51,344 nt of DNA from assembly GCA_013265495.1 (NCBI GenBank), contig MU058213.1:5170854-5222197 (forward strand). Direction: 5' to 3'. Below the pieces are notes generated by a model. It did not search any database. It was given only the letters and a program-made list of their open reading frames with translations, and was not told the DNA's origin. A program made the translations under genes and the position numbers. Within the stretch, counting starts at the first letter, position 1, and each line of letters begins with the position of its first letter. The DNA is from Vicugna vicugna (Eukaryota). Positions 40,341 through 51,344 of this stretch are shown piece by piece.

Positions 40341-42349
40341 CTATTTCAGGGAAATATCCTACATGGAATTTCTAGATGAAATACTACACTGACTGACTCA
40401 TTTGATTATTTTCATGTTGGTAAATAATTTAACAGACCAATTAGGTAACTACAGGCAATAAATGTTTTAAACTGATGACCTTATATGGAAGGAGGAGAGC
40501 TCGAGTGAGAAATGGTTAATTTCCATGTTCCAATAATTATGAAACCAATAATTATGACTGAAATAAAACTTGGACCTTCTCTTAGGAATATTGCTTTTAT
40601 GGAGATAAGGGCTAAATCAACCAAAATTCCTTAAGAAGAAAATCTTATCAGCTAAGGCTAGAAGGTGAAGTTTTCTACGAATCCATCAGCTGATTCCTCT
40701 AGCTCCCGTGAGCAACCTATGCAGAGGGGCCCACAATAATCCTGGGGCATAATGTCGCTGCACTGGAGCTTTGCCAACCCTTCAAAATCCCCTGGGGAAC
40801 AGGCGTGGAGCACAGGAGAAACAGAAGACAAGGAGGATTAAGTTTGTGAAGAACTCAGGTGATTTTACCAAGAATCAGTTCCATGTTCTGTTGGACGGGT
40901 GAACCCAAGTTCCTTCATTCATAAAATAAGGAGTGACTTAAGGGCATCTTTCCCAGTACCTGGAACACAGGAGAGACTCAAAATGCTTCTTGGATGAACG
41001 AGGAATCTTAGTTCTAAGATTATCAAAGTCCTCTTCCTTTTGCCCATTACTGCCCTTCTGTGATCTCTGGTGGCTCCAGTGTGGGAGCAACAGGGATGAG
41101 GGAAAATGTCATTAATTACAAACAGACAGAAAAGGGGCATAGGAATAGCTATGTTTCTTGTTTATGAAGTATAGCTTATGGAAATAAGTCTTAGCAATTT
41201 ACCGTGACACTGTATGAGTTACAGCTTCTTTCTGAGGAATATAATCAGAGAAGAACTCTTCTCATATGGAAACTAGATCTCCTGCCTTCAGTCAGCTGTT
41301 TTCCCAGATCACCAAAACTGTACAGTTTTGTAGTATGCATGCACTTTAAGAAATATTTGCAAATGTCTAATAAAATACTCGCATTTTTTTGTTTGTTTGT
41401 TTTGTTGTTGAATAATTGATGTGTACAGGGGTGGCTTTGGACCAAACACTTGCTCTGCTAAACGAACTGTGAACTCATTTTTTTCTTTTCCAGTGCTTAG
41501 GATGGACACTATCGCTGGAATGAAACTACAGACATGGCAGACCATGTAGCAGCACCTGTCAGCTCACACAAATGCTTTATTTTAGCACTGGTAACAAACT
41601 CACAGCTGTAGATTTTTTTCAAATGGGCCTGGGAACATGTTCTAGTGTTATGACCCAGCAATTCAAATTATGTGTAAACTAGTGATTCGTGAATGTTAAT
41701 GAACATAAATAAGAATCACTAGGAAAATTAATTAAAATAAGAATTCCTGGAGCCCACTTGCAACTGTTCTAATTTAGGAGATCTTGGGTGGTGCTCAGGA
41801 ATCTGCATTTAAACAAGTCACTCCTGCCCCCCCCCACCAGCTCCACCTCCTCCATTACTGGAGGAAAGGCAGAAGTACTACTGAAAACACTCCTAACTAC
41901 GTGACGCTGGCAAACAATGGTAACTACGTTATTCTCTGCTGCAAAGACATTTCTCCCTACACCAGAGTTCTATTCTGGCAAACTTCGGTTGAAAGAGTGG
42001 CCACTGATCTAGTCTACGCAGAATCATAAGTGAGTTCCTTAACAGGTACCAAGAGACTTCTTACAGCACTACTCCCTAAATGGAGTACACTATTCCACTT
42101 AAAAAAAAAATTCAAAATCAATTTATTTGCGCAAGCACCCAGGCAATCTTCCAAAAAAGTAAACTAGAACAACAAAAACAAACCGAAAAAGAAAACATCT
42201 ATTAGAAGACAAAACATTTTGTAAAATATTTATAAAAATCATAGAACAAACAAAAGGAAAGTAAAATTTCCAGAAAAAAGCAGGAATTCGTTTTTGACAG
42301 ATAACATTCTTTGCAAATAGATTCAACTAGAATCAATCAGATGCAACTA

Positions 42350-42780
42350 ATATTTACTGAATTTTTACAGTGCCAGGCAAAAGGACTAGAACTTTCAAAT
42401 ACACTGTCTTGATTAATCCACAAATAAACACGTAAGGAGTGCTTCATAACACCTCTTAATAGATGAAGAAATCAGAGATCAGAAGGACAAAATAATTTGC
42501 CAAAGGTCTCACTGCAAGACAGCTGGGATTTGATCCAAAGTCGCTTGAATCCAGCCCTCCTCTATAATACACCACATTTTCCTGAGCATATATTGTTATA
42601 TAAATCTCATTTTAAAATAAATAGAAAACAATGACAGCTAATATTTACCGAAAGCTTACTAAGAGCTAGGCCCTGTGCTAAACCCTTTAAATATCCTAAT
42701 TTATTTCATCCTCATAATCCATGAATTAGGTACAATCATCTCCTATCTGCAGAGAGGAATCTGAGGTGGGAAAGGTCAAA
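42350..42780 (-). mobile_element. Two adjacent MIR SINEs
   Basis: aatatttactga...gtgccaggca...agatgaagaaatcagag, and gacagctaatattta...ggccctgtgctaa...cagagaggaatctgagg. Confidence 0.65.
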
Positions 42781-43849
42781 TATTAACATGTACTATGAAC
42801 AAATCCACACCATCATTGTAGAGATTTAAATTATGTCTACTTTTCTGATATGGATCTCATGTATTTAATCTCGATTGCCTTTAGTATGATTTGAAGATTA
42901 TGTTTGGAATTTCTTATTGAAAAAGTGATATTTTCCTCTAATTGTTTTAGAGGCAAAGTGTGGTGTTGTGACACAGCATTCTTTCAAGCTTTCATTTTAG
43001 CAAAGCCATGAGGAGTACTTTATTTTTCTTTTAAGAGACTCTAAATAAAGGATTGAAAGAAAGAAACTCAAGCTGAACTACATCAAAGCTCTAAACTCCC
43101 TTAACGAATGTAAAATTCCATAAGGAGGTCTTTGTTGATCATTAGATTGATCAGATTGATTATTAACCCTTCAGCTCAGTTATTACCTTTGCTTTTCATA
43201 AATCACTGGTTAGTTTTGTAGGTGGAAATTAACTTAGCCTGATACAGGTGAGAGTAATATAATCTGAGAATTAGAAAGATAATTTATGGAAAGTGGCTAT
43301 GGGGAAAAACCTAATATTTTACCTAACTTTTACACACTTCTGTGCCCCATAAATATAAAAATACTTCCACTGAAACACTGGAAGTATGTTTAGCGGCCAC
43401 TGAGCATCTGGGGCCCAGCACTGGCTCACTCTACCAAGTGTTCGGAGCACAAGGAAACCAGACACACACTAACTCCTCAACAAGCCCATCTGCCGTGATT
43501 TAGACTCTTAGGGCTGTTTTTTACCCCCCTATTTCTATCAGGCTTTTCACTTCTAGAAGAGATTTTTAGGGATACACAATGAATTAGTACAAAATCTGCA
43601 GCCCCGTAATATAAATGTCTGTTAAAAGCAGAGCCACCTAACATGCAAAAAACAAAAATAGCATTAGCTATTGAGAGATGACAGTGAAACTTAACGTCCC
43701 ATTTTACATTCTGCAAAACATGTGTTGAGCTTTTTGAAAGTGCTGGTCCTTAATATCGGGCACAGCAAATGATTCTGAGAATTGAATTATACCAGTATTT
43801 GCTGATTATCTGCCAATATCAAGCAACATGTTACTCACAAAGGTACTCC

Positions 43850-43950
43850 TTGGGTAATGGTTACATGAGTGTAGACATTTGGTACTTAAATGAGTGCATT
43901 TTATTGTATGTAAATTATACTTCAATGAAGTTTTTTAAAAGTTGAAAAAA
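43850..43950 (+). mobile_element. L1ME/MC-type 3' end fragment
   Basis: gtgcattttattgtatgtaaattatacttcaatgaag matches old L1 3' termini. Confidence 0.6.
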
Positions 43951-44099
43951 ATTTTTAAGTGGACAGCCTGGACAAAGCATTTATGGTCTTACTGATTCGT
44001 TTTTGTCTGGCCTGAAAAATTAGGTTGTCCTTTCAATATAACTTTCCAATACACAATATTATGGCTTAAAAAAAAAGTGCTCCGTTTTTAAACTAAGAT

Positions 44100-44475
44100 A
44101 TCCTTTGAAGAAAAAGTTAAATCCCTGGAAATTAATTTATCAAGAAAAGTCTAAGACCTAAATGATGACATCAGGGACGAACATTTTAAGACAAATAAAT
44201 TAACAGATTTATATCATGTTTCTAGAGAAGTCAATCCTGCAGAGAATGCAGTTACCCCCAATTTAATATAGACAGGTAATGTAACGCCAATCAAAATGCC
44301 AATGAGAGTTTTGAGGAGGAAGGCAAGGTACTTAGAAAATCAATTTAAAATTTTATCTGAAAGAATGGGCAAGAACAGCCAAAGGGTTTTGAAAAAAAAC
44401 AGTAAGAGGGTATCTTGCCTGCCACACATCTTTTAAAATCCAATAATTAAAGCAATCTGGTACTAGTGAAAAAAC
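44100..44475 (+). mobile_element. Ancient L1 (L1ME-like) ORF2 3'-region fragment
   Basis: Heavily diverged L1 ORF2 phrases (ccaatcaaaatgccaa, aagaacagccaaa, taattaaagcaatctggtactag), cut off where the younger L1 5' end begins. Confidence 0.65.
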
Positions 44476-44479
44476 TGAC

Positions 44480-47376
44480 GAGTGATGTCACCAAGATGGC
44501 AACTTTGCTCCCCTTCACAAGAACAACTATTAAAGAATAAGACATCACTGAGAGAATCCTAGAACACAAGGATAAGCCTAAAGCACCATCCGTACCACGG
44601 AAACCCAGAAAGATGCCATTAGAAGGGTTAAGAAAAGTGACCACATTGTCCTTCCCCAAGGCCAGTGCAGCACCACGTGAAGAGATTTCTCCTGAGCCTC
44701 TGGTTCCTCCAGTGGGAAAAGAGAACCCAGCATTATGGGTTGATTTGTGGGAGCCCCTACTCTGATCTTGCACCATGGGGATAGCAGGGGAATCTGCAGG
44801 GCTCAATCACTGGGAATTTGACTACGACGGAGAAGTGGGTAGGGGCTTGCAATACACAGATCTTGGCAGACCGATCATACCTGCAGTCCCCAAGCAGTAA
44901 TCCCGATCAGCGGTTTTGATCATCTGCAGAACCAAACTGGGCATATGCTGACCAGAGAACATGCCTGGTTCAGCTCCTCAAACAAAGACTTTTGCCAGCC
45001 CTTGAGCCTGGTTTTCCCATGCCCAGACAAGGAGCTGAATCATGGCACCATCCATTTTAGGGCATCCTCCAACCCCATTTGACTAGAAGGGCTGATAACA
45101 ACTCCTGCAAGCCGTGTGGTCCAGTACTGCCTGAGCCCAGAGCTGGGCAGGCAGAGCTGATTGATCCCTGGAGCAAAGCCAGTACAGGACATGGAGTGCT
45201 CCCATTCTATGCACAAACAGGGGGATTACTTCATAGTTAAGTCTGAGGGCAGCTCCCAGCCCCTACCAGCTGAAGAGGCTGTTTGGGAAACAGAACAGTC
45301 TAGAGTGTCCCCCTACTCCTACCCAGGCAAAGGCCCTCACACCCACCCTACTGTGGAGCATGTCTTCTGGCATCCCATCTGACCAGAAGGGCTGGTGACA
45401 ACTCCTTAAAGCTGTGTGTCCCAGCAGCACTCAAGATGAGAGGTGGGCAGGCAGAGCTGATAGTTTTCAGGGTAAAACCAGTGGCCCTGTTCAGTCAAGG
45501 AACTTGGGGTGCAGGTTGGCTTGAGTTATGACAACAAACAAAGAGCTTTACTGGCTTTCGAGTTGCTTTTCCAGCTGTGCTTTGGCAGAAAATCCAGTTT
45601 GCAGCCTCATGCATTGCTGAACACAGACTTTAGCCTGTCGACCAGGGAATCTAACCAGAGCATATGGGAAGCTGCACAGTCCATTCAACAGCCCTACCTG
45701 TGCTTGAACAGAGAACACAGCCTGTGACTTCCCCCTTCTATGAAGACAAATCGGTGGCCTCATCTGACCAGGGAATTCAGTGTACACTCTGGACTAATTT
45801 GGTTGCCCAAAGAATGAGCTGCACAGGCCCTGGGGAACTGTCCTGCTGTCCTAATTCATTGCTGCTTCTACTATGAAGACAATACCCAGTCCTAACCATC
45901 TAGGAAGCCAGACCAGAGAGTCCAGGCAACTGCAGAGCCCAGTCTACAGCCTCACTTACGCAGGGAACCAAGCTAACAGTAGCATACCTCCTATCTCCAT
46001 TCTGAGATCTCAGATAGTTGCCTCACCCCAAAAATAAACCATAATAGCAGGCCCTGTCTGCCTAAGGACATTACCAGCAGACACACCCAGAAACCCAAAC
46101 TGAGCAGACTGGTAAAGAACTGTCTCTGCCAAAGCAAACAGAATGTCTGGAAGAGGAGCCCAATTAATCAAATGCCCAGATACCAATGTAAGGAACCAAC
46201 GATCATAAAAAATCATGTAAATATTACACCAACAAAGAAAACTAATAAACCTCCAATACCTGACTCTTAAAAAAAATGGAGATCTATGAACTACCAAAGA
46301 ATTCAGAATAATCCTAAGTAAGTTTAGTGAACTAAAAGGAAATACAAATAACAAAATTAAGAAAACAATGCATGAACAAAGCAAGAGGTTTGCAAGGGTG
46401 CAAGGAGACAGCAATCATAAAAAAATAAGCAGAAATCTTAGAGTTGAAAAATATAACTGAATTGACGAATTCAATAGAGTTTTGAAAGCAGACTCAACCA
46501 TGCAGGAGAAAGAATCAGCAATATGGAGGATAGGACACTGGAAAACACCCAATCAAGAGGAAAAAAATGAAAAGAAAAAGAGTGAAGAAAGTCTATAGGA
46601 ATTATGGGACACAGTGAAAGGAAACAATGTTTACATTATGGAAATCTGAGAAGAAGAGAAAGAGAAAGGAACTGAAAGTATACTTAAAGCAACAACAGCT
46701 AAAAACTTCCCAAACATGAGGAGAAAAACAGATAACCAGATTCACGAGGCCCAAAGGTTCCCAAATAATACGAAACCAAATAGGGCTATACCAAGACATA
46801 TTACAATTAAATGACCAAAAGTAAAAGACAAAAAAAAAAAAAAAAAAAAAGTAGCAAGAAAAAAATTACATACAAGGGAACCCTCATAAGACTACTTAAG
46901 GATTTTTCAACAGAAACTTTTCAGGCCAGGAGTGAATGGGACAATGTATTCAAAATAATGAAAGAAAACAATTCTCTCTATCCTCAGTGAAGCTGTCCTT
47001 AAGAAACCACAAGAAAAATCCTGTAGTAAATATACAAAAGAACATGATAAAGGAGTCAAAGCAGACTGGTTTCAAAAGACATCAAAACACAATAAAAGAT
47101 ATTAGGATAAGAAACAAGGAACAACAGATCAACAAAACTACCAGAAACAACAAATGGCAATAGTAAATCCTTACCTATCAATAATTACTTTAAATGTAAA
47201 TAAATTAAACTCTTCAGTTAAAAGATGTACAAAGACTGAATAGATTTAAAAAAAAAAAAACCCAAAACACCAAGATCCAATAATAAGCTACCTACAAGAG
47301 ACTCACTTTAGCCTTAAAAACACAAACAGACTGAGGGTGAAAGGATGGAAAAAGACATTTCAAACAAGTGATAACC

Positions 47377-47407
<31 letters not shown>

Positions 47408-49623
47408 AAAAAAAAAAAAAAAAAAAAAAGCAGGGGTAGCCATACTTATATACAAAGCAAAAACTAAGAGCTAAAAGGAGAAATAGATAGTAATATACAG
47501 AAATAAACAGTAATCGTTAGGGACTTTAATAACACACTTTCAAAAATGGACAGATCATCCAGACAGAGAATCAATAAGGAAACAGCAGATTTGAACACTA
47601 TAAACCAAAGTTACCTAACTGACACATACAGAATATTCTATCCAACAACAGATTACATATTCTTCTCATGTGCACATGAAACATTTTCCAGAATAGGCCA
47701 TATGTAGGCTACAAAACAAGAGGACTGAAATCATACCAAGTATCTTCTCTGATCATAATGTCATAAATTAGAAATCAGTTATAGAAAGAAAACTGGAAAA
47801 TTCATGAACACATGAAATTACACAATGGAATTTAAACACAATGGAAATTAAACAACCCTCTCCTGAATGACCAATGGATTAAGAAAGAAATTATAGGAGA
47901 AATTTAAAAGTTTCTTAGAACAAATGGAAATGGAAACACATCATACCAGAACTCATGAGATGCAACAAAAGCATTTCTAACAGGACATTCACAGCAATAA
48001 ACATCTACATTAAAAAGCAAGGAAGATCCCAAATAAACCTAACTCTATGCCTCAGAGAACTAGAAAAAGAGAAAAAAAACTGAGCCCAAAGTTAGCAAAA
48101 GAAAGGAAATCATAAAGATTAGAGAAGAAATAAATGAAATAAAGAATAGAAAAACAGTGAAAAGATTAACCAAAATAAGAGCTAATTCTCTAAAAGTATA
48201 AATAAAATTGACAAATCTTTAGCTAAACAAGGAAAAAAGAGAAAGGACCCAAATCAATACAATTATACATGAAAAAGGAAAATATTACAAGAGATACCAC
48301 AGAAATTCAAAGAATCACAAGAGGCTACTATGAACAACTATATACCAACACACTGGACAACCAAGAAGAAATTTTAAAAATTCTTAGAAACATTTAACTT
48401 ACCAAGACTGAATCAGGAAGAAACAGAAAATCTGAATAGAGTAATTACTAATAAGTAAACAGAATTAATAATAAAAAAAAATCTCCCAGTGAAGAAAATA
48501 CCAGGATCACATGGCTTTACTGATGGATTTTACCAAAGATGTAAAGAAGAATTAACACCAATCCTCAAACTCCTCCAAAAACTTGAAGAAGAAACACTCA
48601 CAAACTTATTTCATAAGGCCAGCATTATTCTGACATCAAAACCCGAAAAGGATATTACTAGAAAAGAAAACAACAGAACAATATCCCTGTTGAATATAGA
48701 TACAAAATTCTCAATTAAATACTAGCAAAACAAAGTCAGCAGCACACCAAAAAAGATTACTCATCATAATAAAGCAGGATTTATCCCTGGAATGCAAGGA
48801 TAATTCAATGTACACAAATCAAAGCTATCAATCATCACATTAATAGAATGAAAGAAAAGGATCAAAAAATCACCTCAATAGATGCAGAAAAAGCACTTGA
48901 CAAAATTCAACATCCATTCATGATAAAAACTCTTTTAACAACTTAGGCACAGAAGAAATATATCTCAACATAATAGAGGTCATTTATGACAAGCCCACAG
49001 CTATCATCATACTCAATGGTGAAAGGTTGAAAGATTTCCTGTAAGATTAGTAACAATATGAGGGTGACCACTCTTACTCAACATAGTACTGGAACTCCTA
49101 GGTAGAGTAATCAGGCAAGAAAAAGAAATTAAAGGTATCAGAATTGGAAAAAAAAAAGGAAGAAAAACTGTCTCTATTTGAAGAAGACATGATTTCATAT
49201 ACAGAAAATCCTAAAGACTCAACCAAAAAGTTGTTAGATCTAATCAGTAAACTCAATAAAGTTGCAGGATACAAAATTAATACAAAACTCAGTAGCATTG
49301 CTACACACTAATAACAAATTCACTGAAAAAGAAATACAGAACTAGATTCCATTCACAATAGAATCAAAGACAATAAAACACTTACGAATAAATTTAACTC
49401 TAAATGTCTCTACTCTGAAAACTACAAGATACTGATGAGAGAAATCAAAGAAGATAAATAAATGAAAAGGTATCCCATGTTCAAGGATTAAAAGAATTAA
49501 CATTGTTAAAATGTTAACACTATCAAAAGCCATCTATAGATTCAATGCAATCTCTATCAAACTTCCAAAGACATCTTTTACAGAAGAAAAACACTCCTAA
49601 AATGTATATAAAAGTCAAAAAGT
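44480..49623 (+). mobile_element. Old, degenerate L1 (L1MA/L1M-like) with 5'UTR, ORF1 remnant and ORF2 EN-RT remnant; antisense to ALDH1A2
   Basis: 5' end GAGTGATGTCACCAAGATGGC (YY1 core). ORF1-like A-rich region ~46170-47000. ORF2 start ATG at 47154 (MAIVNPYLSIITLNVN). RT FADD motif decayed to FEED at 49177-49188. Many stops and frameshifts. Confidence 0.93.
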
Positions 49624-50370
49624 GACTTCCGGGCAAGATGGCGGAGTAGAAGGACGCTTGTAAGTCACCCTCTCCCACAAATACACCAAGACCCACATCT
49701 ACAGACCCACTCAGCCAACCAGAGCACCTGCGGAACTCCAACAGATCATCGCCCTCTTCAAAAGATAAAGACGCCAAAAATCTGGTAGGAGAAAAGGAAA
49801 AAAGAACAAAAGGCAAAGCAGCGCGGGACGGGTCCCGCGGGGAGGGAGCAGCAAAGGAGGACTGGCGCTCGCTCGCTGGGTCTCCCCTCTCCAACTGAGA
49901 GGCCAGCGGGACGGAGGGGGAGCCTCCGAGGCTCGGATCTGTACAGAGCAGCCCTTGTCTGACAGAACTAAGTTAAACGGGCACAGAGCATCCCCCCGAC
50001 ACCCAGCCTGAGACGCGGGCCGGCAGCGGCGGGCAGGGCCAGGCTGCACAAGCCGGGCGGAGGACGGGGGCGGCTGCACGGAGGCAGCTCCAGGGGACTG
50101 CAAGGGGCTGGGCGCCGGGGCTGTGGGTGTGCAGGACAGAGCAACCTGGGCCCTCCATAGAGCAGCGGGGTTGATGTGCTCTCGGGGGAAGGGTGCATAC
50201 CCCCATCTCTGAAAACACGCGGAGACTTTTCCGGGGAAGAGGGGCGGGGCCCAGGCAGAGCCGCCATATTCTCCGGCGCTTAACACCCAGGCGGGGGCAG
50301 GGGCGAGACCTGCGTCCGCACAGAAGGGCTTAGCAGCCTCAAGGGCCAGACTGAGACGGGCCTACAGCCC
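49624..50370 (+). mobile_element. 5'UTR of a young LINE-1 (CpG-rich internal promoter), running into the gap
   Basis: Begins GACTTCCGGGCAAGATGGCGGAGTAG with a YY1 site (CAAGATGGCG, 49634-49643) typical of L1 5' ends. Many unmutated CpGs. Interrupts the older L1 ORF2 at an A-rich site. Confidence 0.85.
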
Positions 50371-50788
50371 NNNNNNNNNNNNNNNNNNNNNNNNNNNNNN
50401 NNNNNNNNNNNNNNNNNNNNNNNNNNNNNNNNNNNNNNNNNNNNNNNNNNNNNNNNNNNNNNNNNNNNNNNNNNNNNNNNNNNNNNNNNNNNNNNNNNNN
50501 NNNNNNNNNNNNNNNNNNNNNNNNNNNNNNNNNNNNNNNNNNNNNNNNNNNNNNNNNNNNNNNNNNNNNNNNNNNNNNNNNNNNNNNNNNNNNNNNNNNN
50601 NNNNNNNNNNNNNNNNNNNNNNNNNNNNNNNNNNNNNNNNNNNNNNNNNNNNNNNNNNNNNNNNNNNNNNNNNNNNNNNNNNNNNNNNNNNNNNNNNNNN
50701 NNNNNNNNNNNNNNNNNNNNNNNNNNNNNNNNNNNNNNNNNNNNNNNNNNNNNNNNNNNNNNNNNNNNNNNNNNNNNNNNNNNNNNNN
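50371..50788. other. Assembly gap (418 N)
   Basis: Run of N in the sequence. Confidence 1.
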
Positions 50789-50906
50789 GAAGAGGGCGGG
50801 AGGGCCTATGAAAACAAGCTGAGCTTCCAAAACAGGAGGAAGACAGAAGGACTTCACATTAAAAGCACACACACTCCAGGAGAACACCGACAACCCCCTT
50901 TTTTTT
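50789..50906 (+). mobile_element. Probable continuation of the young L1 5'UTR, ending at a T tract
   Basis: Resembles the distal L1 5'UTR that precedes a T-rich stretch. Assigned from recall, not from an alignment. Confidence 0.55.
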
Positions 50907-51097
50907 GGTTTGGTTTTGTTTTTTAAGGAAAAAAAGACTACCACCCCCTGACTCCACTGCCTCTGGTTACTACTCAAAGTTTAGGACTAAATTGAAATAT
51001 CTGTTTACCGAGGGCTCCCTCCCAGTCAGACATCATTGGTTGAGGTCATAATTTATTGGGCGATGAGCACTGGATTATATAAACATTTCTCCACTTA

Positions 51098-51343
<246 letters not shown>

Positions 51344-51344
51344 T

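Noticed and set aside
47154..49623. L1 ORF2 as a functional reverse transcriptase
   Set aside because: Multiple stops, frameshifts and deletions. The catalytic FADD motif is mutated to FEED.
49711..50286. 191-aa antisense ORF in the L1 5'UTR (ORF0-like?)
   Set aside because: Non-ATG start and low-complexity Pro/Ala/Arg content, as expected in GC-rich DNA. ORF0 is described for primate L1s and no similarity was recognised.
50339..50977. 212-aa ORF
   Set aside because: Artefact of translating through the N gap.

Overview
Mammalian genomic DNA, probably a camelid (inferred from a Vic-1-type tRNA-derived SINE). The only complete gene structure is the 3' half of ALDH1A2 (retinaldehyde dehydrogenase 2) on the minus strand. 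It has six coding exons (equivalent to human exons 8-13; 103+185+165+158+75+73 = 759 nt, 252 codons plus stop), all with GT-AG sites and consistent phases, then a ~1.7 kb 3'UTR with AATAAA at 18597-18602. Bases 1-18.5 kb are intergenic with ancient MIR/L2/MER5/L1 relics and a small orphan CpG island near 14.9-15.1 kb. Bases 31.5-50.4 kb are ALDH1A2 intron 7, ending in three nested L1 elements of different ages and a 418-nt N gap. Just beyond the gap is an intact, intron-flanked exon of an unrelated gene, AFF3 ([21 protein letters not shown]), on the same strand and in frame with ALDH1A2 exon 8. This is most likely an L1-mediated scaffold misjoin, less likely a real rearrangement. I found no convincing novel biological system. 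The best leads are the AFF3/ALDH1A2 junction and the CpG-island promoter with a possible convergent lncRNA. Repeat boundaries are approximate and family names come from recall of consensus sequences, not from a search.
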